Below are positions 37,250-50,210 of a DNA stretch of 64,000 nucleotides, one piece after another. The notes beneath the pieces were generated by a model, which saw nothing but the letters and a program-made list of their open reading frames with translations, was not told the origin of the DNA and ran no database searches. Made by a program: the position numbers and the translations under genes. The stretch is from Selaginella moellendorffii. Taxonomy: Eukaryota > Plantae > Lycopodiophyta. Where the stretch lies: the NCBI RefSeq assembly GCF_000143415.4, contig NW_003314318.1, positions 1,232,710-1,296,709 on the forward strand. The letters are read 5' to 3'. Positions within the stretch are counted from its first letter, which is position 1. Every line of letters begins with the position of its first letter.

Positions 37250-39895
37250 AACTTATTCTTTACCATTACTCTTGCCATCATAGCATTACATGAGTTGATG
37301 AGTGTGCAAATTTAGCAATGCCGGGATATAATAGCTTGATAGACATCATCCCAAATATCATTAATAAGGACCTTCACTAAAGTCCTTGGCTATCAACACT
37401 ATTTACTAAAGGCCATGCAAATCCTCCTACAATTGTTTTATCCTTCTAAGGGATTGTGCTTGATGTTATAGAGGGTTTTGATTCAATAGTATTAGCAATT
37501 AAAGAGATTGGCTATGCGGTTTTGCATTGGAGAAGGAGAGTGCATTTCAAGGTGTTCTTAGGACAATTCACAATAGGTGATAATAAAAATAATTAATGTT
37601 AGAAAATTTCACTTATCAAACCTAGATGATACTTGAGGTAGAGATCTAGCTCAAAAGGTGATAATGGCATTTTCCCCCACAACTCCAAACACCATGGATA
37701 AACTCTCACTCTTGTACAATGGGACAATGGAACTCTAGTTTATACATGCCAAGCTTCTTCTTACCAGTTAAGAGCTTGAGAAAAACACTTGTTATGTACT
37801 CCAAAGCACCTAAGCAATTATTTAAATACCTATAAAGGAGTTATGATTAAATTAAAAAGTTAAAACCTTACAATATACATATACACCATATGGTGTGAGA
37901 AAAATAGTTAACTTTGTTGGTTCTTAATGCTTAAGTTGCCATTAGAAAGTCATTCATCCCCAATCTCTTGAAGGGAAGCTTGAATGTATTCCAAAAGTGC
38001 ATACATTGGTAAAGAATTACATATCTTGTGCTTAAAGTAACTCCTCAACAGCTGCAATACTCTATGCAATATAAAACTTCTCCTTCATCACATTCTCAAG
38101 TTTGTTCTCGAGCTTTTTATCATTATTATGATATCAAGTGTTGAGGAGCTCACATCTAGATTTCCTCAAGAGAGAGCATGTCAACATATAGAAGATGTTT
38201 GATATCATAGACTAGGGTATGTGCTAGAAATGCAAATTGGTTAAGCCTATAATATAGTTAGTGAGGTCAAAAGCAACTAGTAAGGAATTCTTATATATTA
38301 ATTTTGTAACATGCCAAGTTGAGCCTCATAGCTTGGTTTCAATCCTTTGATTTTACATGTCATTAGAACACAAATATGTTGTTCATTGTTGTCTTGAAAC
38401 TTTTCTTGGATACATCTCCAAAACACTAGTCACTAGTGGTTTCCATCCATAATGCAAAACATCCAACCTATAAAGGCTTGTGTTTTCTTGTGGCATGCCA
38501 TCAAAGTATTGAACTCCTTAGATTTCCTTTGTTATATTTGATCCCAAGTCTGCTTGATCTCTCAAATAACCATGTCTATGCAATTGGTTCCAAGAAATCA
38601 TACCATAATAAATTATCTAGTGGTCTGTCTAAATTTACCTTGTGAAAAAGGTATAAATAGCCATGTTGAAGTCATAGGCCAAGTGCACCCAAAGATAGCA
38701 AAGTGGAATCTAAAGATCCAAGCCATTTTACCTAACACCTTATTGATAGTTCATTCTTAAACTTGGACAATAGTCTTATGTATTCACTCATTCAAGATTA
38801 TATTAGCCTTTAGCATATGTCATTTCTACTACCTTTAGCACTTATGGCATGTCTATCATTTCCTCCATCAAGACCTACCTCCTCATCCTCTTTGTTACCT
38901 ATAGCACTAGATGCCTCATCACTAGCTCTTTTATGCTACAAACAAATTCTTCATTTCCACACTCACCAGAACCAATGCTAGCAAATGGATCTTCAATGCT
39001 AATATGAACATTTGGCTTTTGGGTGCCTACACTTGGATCAAGATTAAGCATTGCCTAGATATAGATACCACTACTCCCACCATGGTTGTCCTCCGAAGCA
39101 ACTCCTTGAACTTGTGAAATCTCTCTAGGGAATTTAGCATAACGATGTAATTATTTTTCTAGAGAATGGTCTATTAAGGTTGATTGGCATGCTTCTTCTA
39201 TTGTGGCATGATATATGTATCTACATGAAAAAGAGAAGAACTCTTGACTAAATATTTAAAAAATGTTGAAGAATGAAAAAAACATTAAAGAAGCCAAAAA
39301 TAAAAGATTGGTTTACCCACGAATCAATCTTTCCAGCACCAGTAACAATATAAGAGAAAAAAGAGAGAAGAAAATGAAAAAAAAGAGTAGAAAGTAATAT
39401 GTTGGAAAGATCAGTTTGCTGCCAAACCAGTGATGCACTGGAAAAATTGGTTCGCTGCCAAACCAATCTTTTTAGCACCAAACAAAAAATAAAAACAAAA
39501 AAAATACCAAAAAGTGATGTGCTGGAAAGATTAGTTCACTACTTGACCAATCTTTCTAGCATTAAGTAATTGCAAGACATGAGTTATTGGCTCAAGATTG
39601 AAAAAAGGCTCAAGGAAAAAAGGAAAAAAAAAAACTAGTAGAAAGTGATGCACTAGAAAGAATGATTCACCACTGAACCACCAAGTAGCCATGAGTTTCT
39701 AGCCATAAGCCACAAACAAATGGGGAGATAGAGAAGTAGTAAATGGGGGGATTGAGAAGAAGCTTAGGATATATTTTGATTAAGGAGTGCTTTTCTCTAT
39801 CTAAATGATTACAATCTGTAGTTAGTTTTCACCCTTTACCCTATGGTGATTTATCATAAAAAAAAAACATAGAGTGGAATTATAACTCTTGAACA
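37250..39895 (-). mobile_element. Highly degenerate LTR retrotransposon internal region plus LTR 3'-end fragment
   Basis: 39817-39895 is a reverse copy of the LTR end (ccctatggtgatttatcata); integrase-like LSPFEL remnant near 37660. Confidence 0.5.
39305..39685. repeat. Array of 4-5 imperfect palindromic units
   Basis: Unit (gtgat)gc(a)ctggaaagattggtt-loop-aaccaatctttccagcac, separated by A-rich spacers. Confidence 0.65.
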
Positions 39896-40949
39896 TATGG
39901 CCAAGGGTAGCAGAAAGATGATTAGGTATCTTGTTCCTTGCCCAGCCTCAGTTTGTTATAGTAATTGTATTTGCCATCTTAGCTTCCACTTTTACACACC
40001 TGATACGATCTATTTTTCTATAGCCAGCTATGTATTTTTTCTCTAAAGAAAAGCCTGTTCAACTCCCATGCATCTTTAAGTTTTTCCCTAATTTTTAGTA
40101 CCTTTTGTTTGGTCTTAGATTTTTCTATCTCATCGAAGCCCATAACCTTCACTAAGCAACATATTTTTTATTTCCTTGTTAATTCAAGCTATAGCAAATG
40201 CATCTCGACTGTATAGTCATCACTTTTGATGAGTGATGACCCCCTTCTCCCCCATTGCTAGGATTTAAAAGAGTTCATGGAAGAGATTGGGCTTGATTTG
40301 AGTGATGATGGATTTCAATATATTCTCCCCATGTTGAGAGGCTCCCCTCATTTGGCAACTCCCTTTGGGAGGATTGCTTGCTAAGCAGTCCTCCCCTTTG
40401 TTCTTTACTTTTTAGTCTCATTTTCTTGGGGTTTTAGGGAATTCTTGAGAGATCTACATTGTAGTGATGGCATTGCTGTTAGAGAGATTTTAGAAGCAAA
40501 GATGAGTGTGTTCAACTGCAAAATTCTAAATGTTATACTTGAATTTTAAATATTTCTTAGGTTTTCTTCTTTTTTAGGCAAAGAATAGTTATTTTCTCCT
40601 CATTATGTCTTAGTTGCCAATTAATTCTGTACTTGAAATGTAAAATGCAACCAAGTTTTCTTCATGGTGTGTGCTAAGGGCGAATTTCAAAGGGTAAATG
40701 GAATTTTTATATTGTTTAATACCTGAAATATTTTTATCGTTAATAATATATACTTAACTTTGAGACTGGCAATTTTTGGTAGCCAAAACCTGCTAGAGGC
40801 AAGTTTGATCAGCTGTTCATGAATATATATTATACAATATAAACAAACAATGATTGCTATAGTACAAAAGTTATTACACCAACTTCATTCTATTATTATA
40901 ACACTTTGCTAGAAAACAAAGTGAAACCTAGAATTTTTAACAATTCAAA

Positions 40950-43300
40950 GGCCTAAATTAAAAAAGAGATGAATAAATTTACACTTGTTTCTTCAACACT
41001 ATTGCTATAGCCTTGAAATTGATATTTACAACTTTTCTCTAATTTGTCACTTGATGTCACTTGAGCTGGTGAAGAAGCTTGTGCAATTACATGAGCTATT
41101 GGAGAATTGCAAGTTTAAGCCTGAGCTAGAAGCAATGAACCTAGAGTTGAAAATATTGCTAGTGCCTTAGCTTCTATTCTTCTGCTACTTGTTTCACCTT
41201 TCAAAGTCTATTATTGATCTCTTAAAAAACTATTGTCTCTAATATGCTTACATCTCAGGAGAAGGCGGGAGAGCTCCTCTTTGCAAACTACTGCTTGTGT
41301 CTCTTGAGTCCAAAGGGATTGCTTTTGGAGCATCCTAGATTTGAGGGACAATAGTTTTTTGGGATATAGTGTGAATGCAAATCCAATATCTAGTATCCCT
41401 TAACAATGTTTCCAACTCATCATCATTGCCACCACAAAGCATAGTTTAGTTTTTAGTTTTTCATGCAAAATAAGTGATAATATTATTAACCTTCTTCTCA
41501 ATTGTTTAGCACCATCTTGCTCACTTTCACACTTAGAGAATGTATCATTTGCATTAAACATCACATAATCCCTTCCAATTCGACTAAATCATACTCTANN
41601 NNNNNNNNNNNNNNNNNNNNNNNNNNNNNNNNNNNNNNNNNNNNNNNNNNNNNNNNNNNNNNNNNNNNNNNNNNNNNNNNNNNNNNNNNNNNNNNNNNAA
41701 AAAGAAAGAAAAGGCATCCACAGGTTATTTTTTGGAATAACTGAAGCTGGCTACATTATCATGGACTATTGCCATCTCCTACTGTATATATGAGTGTTCT
41801 GGTAGATATGGATAAGCTTCTTGGTTCTTGTCAAATCCAACTTAGCATATTTTGTTAGTACCACAGGTAAGAATAAAAAATCCAATCAATCAACTCATTT
41901 GTTTTGTTTGAGAGTCAAAATGTTTCCATATGTGCTGAAGTTGCACTCTACAAAAAAATTAAAAGGAGCAAAGCTAAAGATTTTACATACAAACCTCCAA
42001 AGCAAATGTACTTTTGAATTAGTTCAAGGCAGCTTGCCCATGCCATCCAGGGATTGGCAATGTAAGGCCTTTGAACAAATGCCCAATTAGTTCAATAATT
42101 GCATCTTAAAAAAGGCCTTGCCTCTACTCATACATAGGGTATTTCTAACTGAAATCTTCTCTATCTAGATAAAATTGCTAGACTGCCATCCATAAGTGTT
42201 GGTCAATTACTATTGTTTTATAGCATGGATTTAGACACCAATCTGCACCAAAAAGTCACATTTATGGAGGTAATGCTCTTCTTGATTTTGCTAGTATAGC
42301 CAACACAAGTCTCTTTTCTACTTCGGACAAAGAAGGGTGTCTCTTTGTTCTGTCCCTTATATATTTCCAAACTTGCCAAATAAATCTTATATTTGGTGTA
42401 TATCTATTGAAGAATTTGATTGTTTGTACCATTGGCTCCATCAATATCAGAATCTTATCCACCTCCTACCAAAACCTGATTGCAACTTGCTCATTCATGT
42501 GAAAAAAATCCCAAATTTGTTGAGCTTAACTTCGTGTCTCACTATCCTTTAGTTGCTTCTTCAGCCACTTTTTTTAAGTCTCCACTAAAGAAAATAACTC
42601 TTAAAGGTTCTTGAATATCTTGTAGCCGTTCTAGCATGTAGTATTATAAGCTAAATATGAGAAAACAAAGTTAGTGTTAGTGAACCTTGACTACATGAGA
42701 AAATTACATACCTTGCAAATACAAGTTTGATAAACTCCTTCACTCCCTTCTGTTTGAACAAGTAGAGAAGATACATAGAATTTTTAATTATCTAAACAAT
42801 GGACTTCCCTTTTTCAGTGCAATCCTTTATAAAGTTTAAAGTGGCCCATGATTTGAAAAAAAAGGTTAATGCATGGCATTGGCAAGATACACTCTAAATT
42901 CCCCATTGCACCTCAAGTATCTATCTAGTTAGCCATATATTGGAAACATTATCTATCATGATAACAATAACACCCCATTTCTACTTATCTCTTTCAAGTT
43001 GACAAATTCCCACTTCTGATGTATTTGAAGGACTAAGTGGGCTTCTCTTGCATGTCCCAGTCCTTATGCAATTTTGTATTTGCTCTAGTGCCTCATTAAG
43101 CTTATTGGCAATTTTTTCAGCTAGAAAGAAGCCATAGTATTATATATGGTAGTTAGAATGAAATTTGGATATACCCTTGAGCATATATTCCTACCTCTAA
43201 AAATTGAAATTATATGTAATGGGCATTCATAAGTACATATTTTGTCTTGTAAGGCATCCACAAATAAAAGTATCCACTATGAAACTACAATATGAGTGAA
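40950..43300 (-). mobile_element. Degenerate hAT transposase (DUF659-like), spans an assembly gap
   Basis: CHALTFFFK, MEPMVQTIKFFN, VECNFSTYGNILTLKQNK (CERNxSxY dimerisation motif). Confidence 0.65.
41599..41698. other. Assembly gap (100 N)
   Basis: N run. Confidence 1.
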
Positions 43301-44348
43301 TGATTAATTGCCTCACATGAAACAATTAATCCATACAATGAAAAGATTAATTTATTCAATACGAAAATGGAAGTGCTAATTCCCCTTGGCTCAACAAAGG
43401 CTATTAGTTAATGATCAATGAAAACATTAATATCTCTAAAAGGGGGGTGAGTGTAGTACATATGATTATGATACTACTTTGGAACCTTGTAAGGATAAAA
43501 TAACCACTAAAGGCTCTCTTATCAATCAATTATAATTGACTTAAGGGGAAAGAGATGTAATGTGTTATAGATAAAAAATTATATAAACCATTGTATATAC
43601 CTAATAAATTTGTGTTTCTAAAGGAATCATAAAAGATTTCATCTTTATATAATGTATCAACAATTATTATATTCCCCATATACATATCCTTTACAATTTT
43701 CCAGTCGTTAGACATTAGAGATAGTAGATGATGAGTGATTTATTTGTATATTCTCAATTTTCTTCTTGATTTTGTCCATATGAAACATATGAAATCAACC
43801 TTGCATTTAGAAACATCATCCTGAGTCTCAAGACTCAAACCTTAAGACTTAGGAACAAGAGGAAATGACAATTACCACCACATAAAATTAATTCAAGGGG
43901 CGAGTTAACATTTAAACTCTATCCCTATCTTTTTTATACTTTAGCCCTCCTTTATTAATGCACATTTACATGCTCAAGATGTAGAGTACTCAAGTCATTC
44001 CTATCCTTGTTTATGACCTCGACAAAAGCTTTCTTGAGGATTAAAGGACTTGAGTCACTCTTCTCTCTCATTTTTTGTATAATTGTGTGTGTCTAATTGA
44101 AGTAGAGTGCAACATCAAATCAAGCAAACACAGTAACAAGCATCCACTCCTCTCTTCCTTCTCTCTTTATGAATTTGCTGGGTTTGTAACTCTGCTCACA
44201 TTAGTCTATATCTTCTCAATACCACTGCTTGCTCTACCACCAGCATCACTCATTAGCACATACCACACAGACAGAAAAAGAATGATGAAGAAGATCATAG
44301 AAAGTTTCTCATTTTCTTTTTATGGGAAGGGCAATGGCTGTGCTGCAG

Positions 44349-45590
44349 CTATGTTGGTGGAGCATTTGACTTCAAGTCACTTGTGGAGAACCTTTTGCAG
44401 CAGCTGTCCGAAAGCCAGACCATCATTGTCAATGTCAATGATGTCACGAACAAGTCCAATCCGCTTGTCATGTACGGCCTGAACATTCTGGATGGGAACG
44501 AGATTGAAGTCTGTCAGGTTGAGTTTGGGGATCCATTCTGGAAGGATGAGATGAGATGCGATGCAGGTGAAAAAAATCTCCATTCTCATGTCAAAGTTTC
44601 GAAGAAAGTCTCAAGAGTTTGTCTATAATTCTCTCAAGAGCTTACTCTTAGATTTGTTCTCTCTCAGATTTAACAAGGAAGAGTCTGTTGTGTGGACCAC
44701 CACCTTTGGAATTGTTGTCATTGTTTTGCTGGTGGCTCAAATCTTCTACGCGGCTGGCAACTGCATCACCAAAGTCGAGGAGGGTTATTGCAAGATGGAA
44801 GATCTTAAAGTTCGAGCTGAGTCGGCTGATGTTGCGAAGTCTCAGGTACGATTAGATCACCTCTACTGTGGACTCATGAGATTTTTCTAACTATGTAGTT
44901 CCTGGCTACTGTATCACACGAGATCCGGACTCCCATGAATGGCGCGCTTGGTGTGTAAGACATGGTTGAAAGATTCCTTCTTGCAATTTTAACTGTTTTT
45001 TTCTTCTACACAGGCATGTTGCAAATGCTCATGGAATAAAGCTCGATTCGACACAGAAGGATTACACTCACACGGCCCTCGAAAGTGGGAAGCAACTTAT
45101 AAAACATATCAACGAAGTCTTGGACCAGGCCAAGATCGAGTCCGGCAGGATGGAGCTTGAGACTGTCCCTTTCAAGCTGCACACGATTCTTGACAATATT
45201 CTCACGCTCTTTTCTGCGAAGAACAAGGACAAAGAAATCGAAGTAAGCTTTTGTTTACCACTATTTAGCTTGCTACAAAGCAAAATGATCTCCAATCTTG
45301 TATAAGATCTCTAATCCCGTTTCTTACGTGCTTGCAGCTGGCGGCATACGTTTCTGAGAGAGTCCCTGACGTCCTTGGGCATCCCGTTCGGCTCCACCTG
45401 ATCGTGACCAGCTTGGTTGGAAACTCAATCAAGGTACGTAGATCTTCCAAGCTGTTTCCTTGAACACCATCATGATCCGGATCGATATAGCATTTTCCAA
45501 TGGTCGGTTTCTTTTCTCTCGCAGTTCACTGATAGCGGGCATATCTTTGTCTCCATGCACCTGGAAGAGAACGTGAACGATGTCAGCACA
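44349..45590 (+). pseudogene. Truncated CHASE-domain histidine kinase (cytokinin receptor AHK/CHK-like) pseudogene
   Basis: YVGGAFDFKSLVENLLQQL, EFGDPFWKDEMRC, AESADVAKSQ|FLATVSHEIRTPMNG, NEVLDQAKIESGRMELE, LVGNSIK|FT. Premature TAA at about 45036; N-terminal CHASE part and receiver domain not found. Confidence 0.85.
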
Positions 45591-47700
45591 ATGTGAGGCT
45601 TGCTTGAAATAAGTCACGGAGATGCAAGATCACTCGCACAAACTTAACACCGTAGATGCTCGTGTTTCACTACAAGGACTTGGCCGTTTGCTCCATGCCA
45701 GGGGCGGCGACACGTTCAAGCGGATGTTTCAAGTGGCAGTGGCGACACGCTCAAGCGGATGTTTCAAGTGGCAGCGGCGCCGCCGGAGCTCCACAATCAT
45801 CTCGACAACGATGACGAAGATCAAGGTACATTTTGATTCATGGTGGAGATCCCGACCTCTACGGGTGCCAGCGACGTGGATGATCATCATCGTTCCACTG
45901 ATGGCAATGGCGATTGCGGGATGTGGGTGGGGAGTTCCAGCAGCAATCGGTGGAGCAAGAAGGAGATACGCAACTTTACCATCAGCTGGGCGGTGATGGT
46001 GCGTGGCAGGCCACAGGTTTTCAAGAAAGTGGTCGGCAATACTTGCAACCACCCATATTTAGTTACACCACGCGCGGTTCCTTATATTTATCTGGTGGCG
46101 GATTCTGGACTATCCAAACCGCCGGTGAAGCCTGTTGTCGACACGAGTATTCTTCATAGCTTGCAACTACTCGGAGAGGCTGCCCATTCGTGCTGCTGCT
46201 GCTTGAGCGAGACGAATCACGTAGCGGAGGTGGATCTCTACTTTCAGCTGATGGCCAGGGACTGTTTCTTTGCGAGCTGCGGTGTAGCATCCTTAGCACG
46301 GATTGTTGGAGGTATTTCACTCAGGTGCAGGGGTTGCAGTACCTCCAACATTCACTCCTCCACGACTAGTTAGATGAAGAATCGATCAATGGCCCTGTTT
46401 GTCAGGGTGTGTGTTGGTGGATTACATAACCAAGTTATTTGTATAATAATGGGAGACTAATGTCAAAAGTGATAATTTGTATTTTTGCAAATAATTGCTA
46501 ACGTTATGTAGTTGCACAACCAAGCAAGGACCTTTATTTTTCTAGCATTAAGCAAGTGGAGGCTAGAAGGAGCAAGTCATTGATGTATAGGCCAGAGAGA
46601 GTTGAAGAAAATGGGCATCCTTGTTTGATTTCTATTATGTTTCCCTGATTTGCAAAATTGGCAAAGATGATTTTATATAATGTTAAAATTACTTGAATTA
46701 TGTTTGGAAGTGCTTCTATTGCCTTTAAGTAGCTATGTTAAAAGTTAAAGTTTACGAAGTAGCAGATCAAATGCTTCCCAATCATCCTTTCATGTATAGT
46801 ATGAAGTATGATGAGATAGTTAGCACAACTATATTGTGGTCAAAAGCAACACCCACACACAATAAACTTCATATGGGAAATTCTTATTGAGCTATACTGG
46901 CCCTTAGGACAAAAAAACCATATTGGTGGATATTGTCTACACTCTATGTTTCTAATTGCATTGGCATATATATAGAAATCAACCAACGTGGTTCTAGTTG
47001 GGAAATGGTCCTGAGCTTTATATCTTGGGAGAGTGACTTTGTCAATTGTGCTATGAAAATGTGGAGATAGTAAAGCATACTACACATACATCCCTTCTAT
47101 AATTTTCCTTCTAAAGATTCAGAATTCCTTTAAATCATGGCTTCAACACTTTGGAAAGCACTATTCAAAGAAAGAATTATTGCATGTTTTATTTAAAAGT
47201 CAAACACTCTTCTATATATTGGTTGTTTTTCTATCTACATCATCCATGTCTGTTAGGTGGTTTTATTAGGAGGCATATTCTACGGAAAATTTTATAAAAA
47301 ATGATGAATTTAGAATAATAAAACATTATATGTAACCTTTCATAACACACAATCATAAATAACAACATAGATTGGTGTAAGGTAATGATAGTTAAAAATA
47401 AGACATTAATAAATTTAGATTTAAAGTAACAAAAATTAAGTATTAAACACTTGGGGATTCATTGCCCTTGCTCAACAAGACCTTCTCCATCGATGCGAAG
47501 CCACTTGGCAGAAGAGAGATGACATCCTATAGCATATTTTTTTATTATATTAAATATATTTTAAGAGCATATTAATTTTTTATAAAATAAATACAACTAA
47601 ATATCAATATAATTATAAAATAAATAAATGTAAACTGTTGCTATATAAACTAAGTTCATATATTCTAATATTATAATTTTTTAACATTACAAAGAAGAAT

Positions 47701-48606
47701 ATGATTTATGATGTTATAAGTTTTTTTATTTGTATACTTATACTAATTCTTAGAAGTTTGCAAACTAATATTGAATGGGGCAAAAGTGATGAACTAACTG
47801 AAGGGGATATAAGGAAAATAGTCAGAGATGGATTTTCACATCTAACATATAGATTAAATTATAGTTATCCATATCCTTTAGAATTTGATGATTTTCATTT
47901 AGTTACTACTTCAAAAGGTGTAGTTTGTGTTGCAATAAGACGATTTGGTGGATCTTTACCAATTTGTACAACTGGAAAAACATCAAGTAAAACAATTAGA
48001 GGATCAGAAATAATAAAGAGAATAGATACACTTGTTGAATCTTATTATGAAGTAATGGCTTTAAAACGTGCTGATGCAGCTAAAATAACTGCTAAATTTT
48101 ATGAAATTCAGTATGCTATAATTATTCATAATAAGCCTAAAGCACCTTTTTTAGAGATTAAATTAAACTATAATAAAAAACTATCTACATTTCTAAGTGA
48201 TTGTCATATTTCATTAAGTACACTTGATAATAGTTTTTTGTATCATAATCAAGTTCTTGAAAATGGTAATTATTTAATATCTCCAAATAGAAAAAACATT
48301 TTAATTATGAAAACTGATTGTAATTTAGTTCTATACTCAGGACTAAATATTATTTGGCAGACCTCAACATTTAGAAAATATGCCTATTGTAAACTAATAC
48401 TTCAAAGAGATGGTAATCTTGTTATATATACAAAATATTTTGAAGTTGTTTGGTCAATTGGAAAATATTGTGATGAACCAAATTGTTTTATCTTAGTTTA
48501 TATTACATTATTAGACAATTGTAAATTTGTGTCTTATCTTATGAATAATCCTACTGAAATCTGGTATGAAACAGAGATTATAAATGATAAGTTGTGTCTT
48601 AACTAA
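47701..48606 (+). CDS. Putative secreted protein: signal peptide, unknown about 150-aa domain, C-terminal bulb-type (GNA) mannose-binding lectin domain
   Basis: Intact 301-aa ORF; hydrophobic N-terminus; NQVLENGNYLISPN..LIMKTDCNLVLY...IWQTST...LILQRDGNLVIY...VVWS; TATATAA at 47642-47648. Confidence 0.75.
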   Translation: MIYDVISFFICILILILRSLQTNIEWGKSDELTEGDIRKIVRDGFSHLTYRLNYSYPYPLEFDDFHLVTTSKGVVCVAIRRFGGSLPICTTGKTSSKTIRGSEIIKRIDTLVESYYEVMALKRADAAKITAKFYEIQYAIIIHNKPKAPFLEIKLNYNKKLSTFLSDCHISLSTLDNSFLYHNQVLENGNYLISPNRKNILIMKTDCNLVLYSGLNIIWQTSTFRKYAYCKLILQRDGNLVIYTKYFEVVWSIGKYCDEPNCFILVYITLLDNCKFVSYLMNNPTEIWYETEIINDKLCLN

Positions 48607-48660
48607 ATTACTATTTAATAAATTGTAACCACTATTAATTTATAATTTTTTTGATTTTTA

Positions 48661-48678
48661 GTGTGTGTGTGTGTGTGT
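48661..48678. repeat. (GT)n microsatellite
   Basis: gtgtgtgtgtgtgtgtgt. Confidence 0.9.
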
Positions 48679-49089
48679 ATTAGCTTGAAATGAAACTTAT
48701 TAATTAAAATTTCTAAAGATACATTCAATGAAAAAACTTTAACATTTAGAAACATGCTTATATATTTAAAGCTAATTATATATATAAATGTAAAATATTA
48801 CTTATTGATTATTTACCTTTTAAAAAATAATAACTTCTTAGCTCTTGAGTTGATCACTATTGCTAAGGATTTTGGATGGATGAGATCTCTTCCTCAAAAC
48901 TCATAAGGAGTTTTTTCCACTAGGCATTTCATGAATGTTCCTTATCAAAATTAACATAAAGGTTTTTAAATTTTATTTTTAAATACTCAAAAAAAAAAGA
49001 ATAAATATTTATGGTCATGAGTGACCCATATTTACATATTTAAATTACTAATATAAATTTTTAATTTAGAAAGAGGGTTGGAATAAAAA

Positions 49090-49345
49090 TGTCACAAATA
49101 TGATTGTGGGTATTGAAAGTTATTTGTTAGCTAGTCTTTTCAGTTATTCTTTTCTTACTACTATGACAGTAGAAGATTGGTATTATTGATTTTCTTTTCA
49201 ATTCCTCTTGTTCAAGTGTTAGTAAACTGGGTTTAGCATTTATACTTAATCAAATAAACATAATATAGAAACTCCTATGTGTTAATTGCTGAATATACTT
49301 AACTTGTTTTTAATTCTCTTTTGCTTTGTCTTGCATTGGTTTTTC
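49090..49345 (+). mobile_element. 5' fragment of the same LTR family, preceded by a purine-rich PPT-like tract
   Basis: agaaagagggttggaataaaaa|TGTCACAAATATGATTGTGGGTATTGAAAGTTAT... Confidence 0.7.
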
Positions 49346-49567
49346 AAGAATGTGTAGGAGAGTGAGAGCACTTAGAGAGAGTTCACATTTTGGTGCACCA
49401 AACAAGGAATAAGTGTCTTCTAAGTATGCATGACTTGTAGATATAGAGAGAAAAGAGATCTAGAGAAAAAAGAGGGAGATTTCCCTCTTTTCTTATGCTA
49501 TAGAGGAGATTTCTTGATTATGTCCCGTTTGGAGTTATGTTGCTAGTAGTAGGAAAGGAATTTTATA

Positions 49568-50210
49568 GTGATTCTAGTTTCATTCTCTTCCTTAGATCCA
49601 GGGCTTTCTTAGAAGTCTAGGCAGACATAAATTGGAGCAAGGAGTGGGGAGATTTGGTCATTTTTTTGTGCTGCAGCTTCTTGCTCAACATCACCAATTT
49701 TAGGAGTCTAGATTTAAATAATCTGTTCAACATTTTTTAATGCTGTAAAGTGGATCTAGAGTGGAAATTCCTAAACTTTCCTAGGAGTGGTTTCTTAATG
49801 GAATCAAGGATCACTTATGCTGCCGAACAGTCAAGTTTCTAAAGGTGAGAGTTTAGGGTTTTTGCCTCTTCCAAACCATAGCTCTTCTCCACAGTTTTGG
49901 ATTTTGGATCCAAGTCTTCTAGAGTGATTCTAGTTTCTTTCTCTTCCGGGCTTTCTTATGAGTCTAGGTGCACTTAAATTGAAGGAGTGGGGAGATCTGG
50001 TTATTTTTCTGTGTCACAACTTCTTCCTCAACATCACCAAATTTGGGAGCCTAGATCTCAAAATCTGCCCAACATTTTTGAATGCCGTAAAGTGGATCTG
50101 CAGTGGCACATCCTTAGCTTTCCTAGGATGGTTTTTTGCTTGAATCAGTGATCATTTAGGCTGTCAAATAGTCAAGTTTCTAAAGGTGAGATTTTAGGTT
50201 CTTGCCTCCT
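49568..50210 (+). repeat. Tandem duplication of an about 350-bp retroelement leader unit
   Basis: gtgattctagtttc...aacatcaccaa...gtcaagtttctaaaggtgaga at 49568 and 49924. The second unit is interrupted by the solo LTR and resumes at 51365. Confidence 0.8.
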
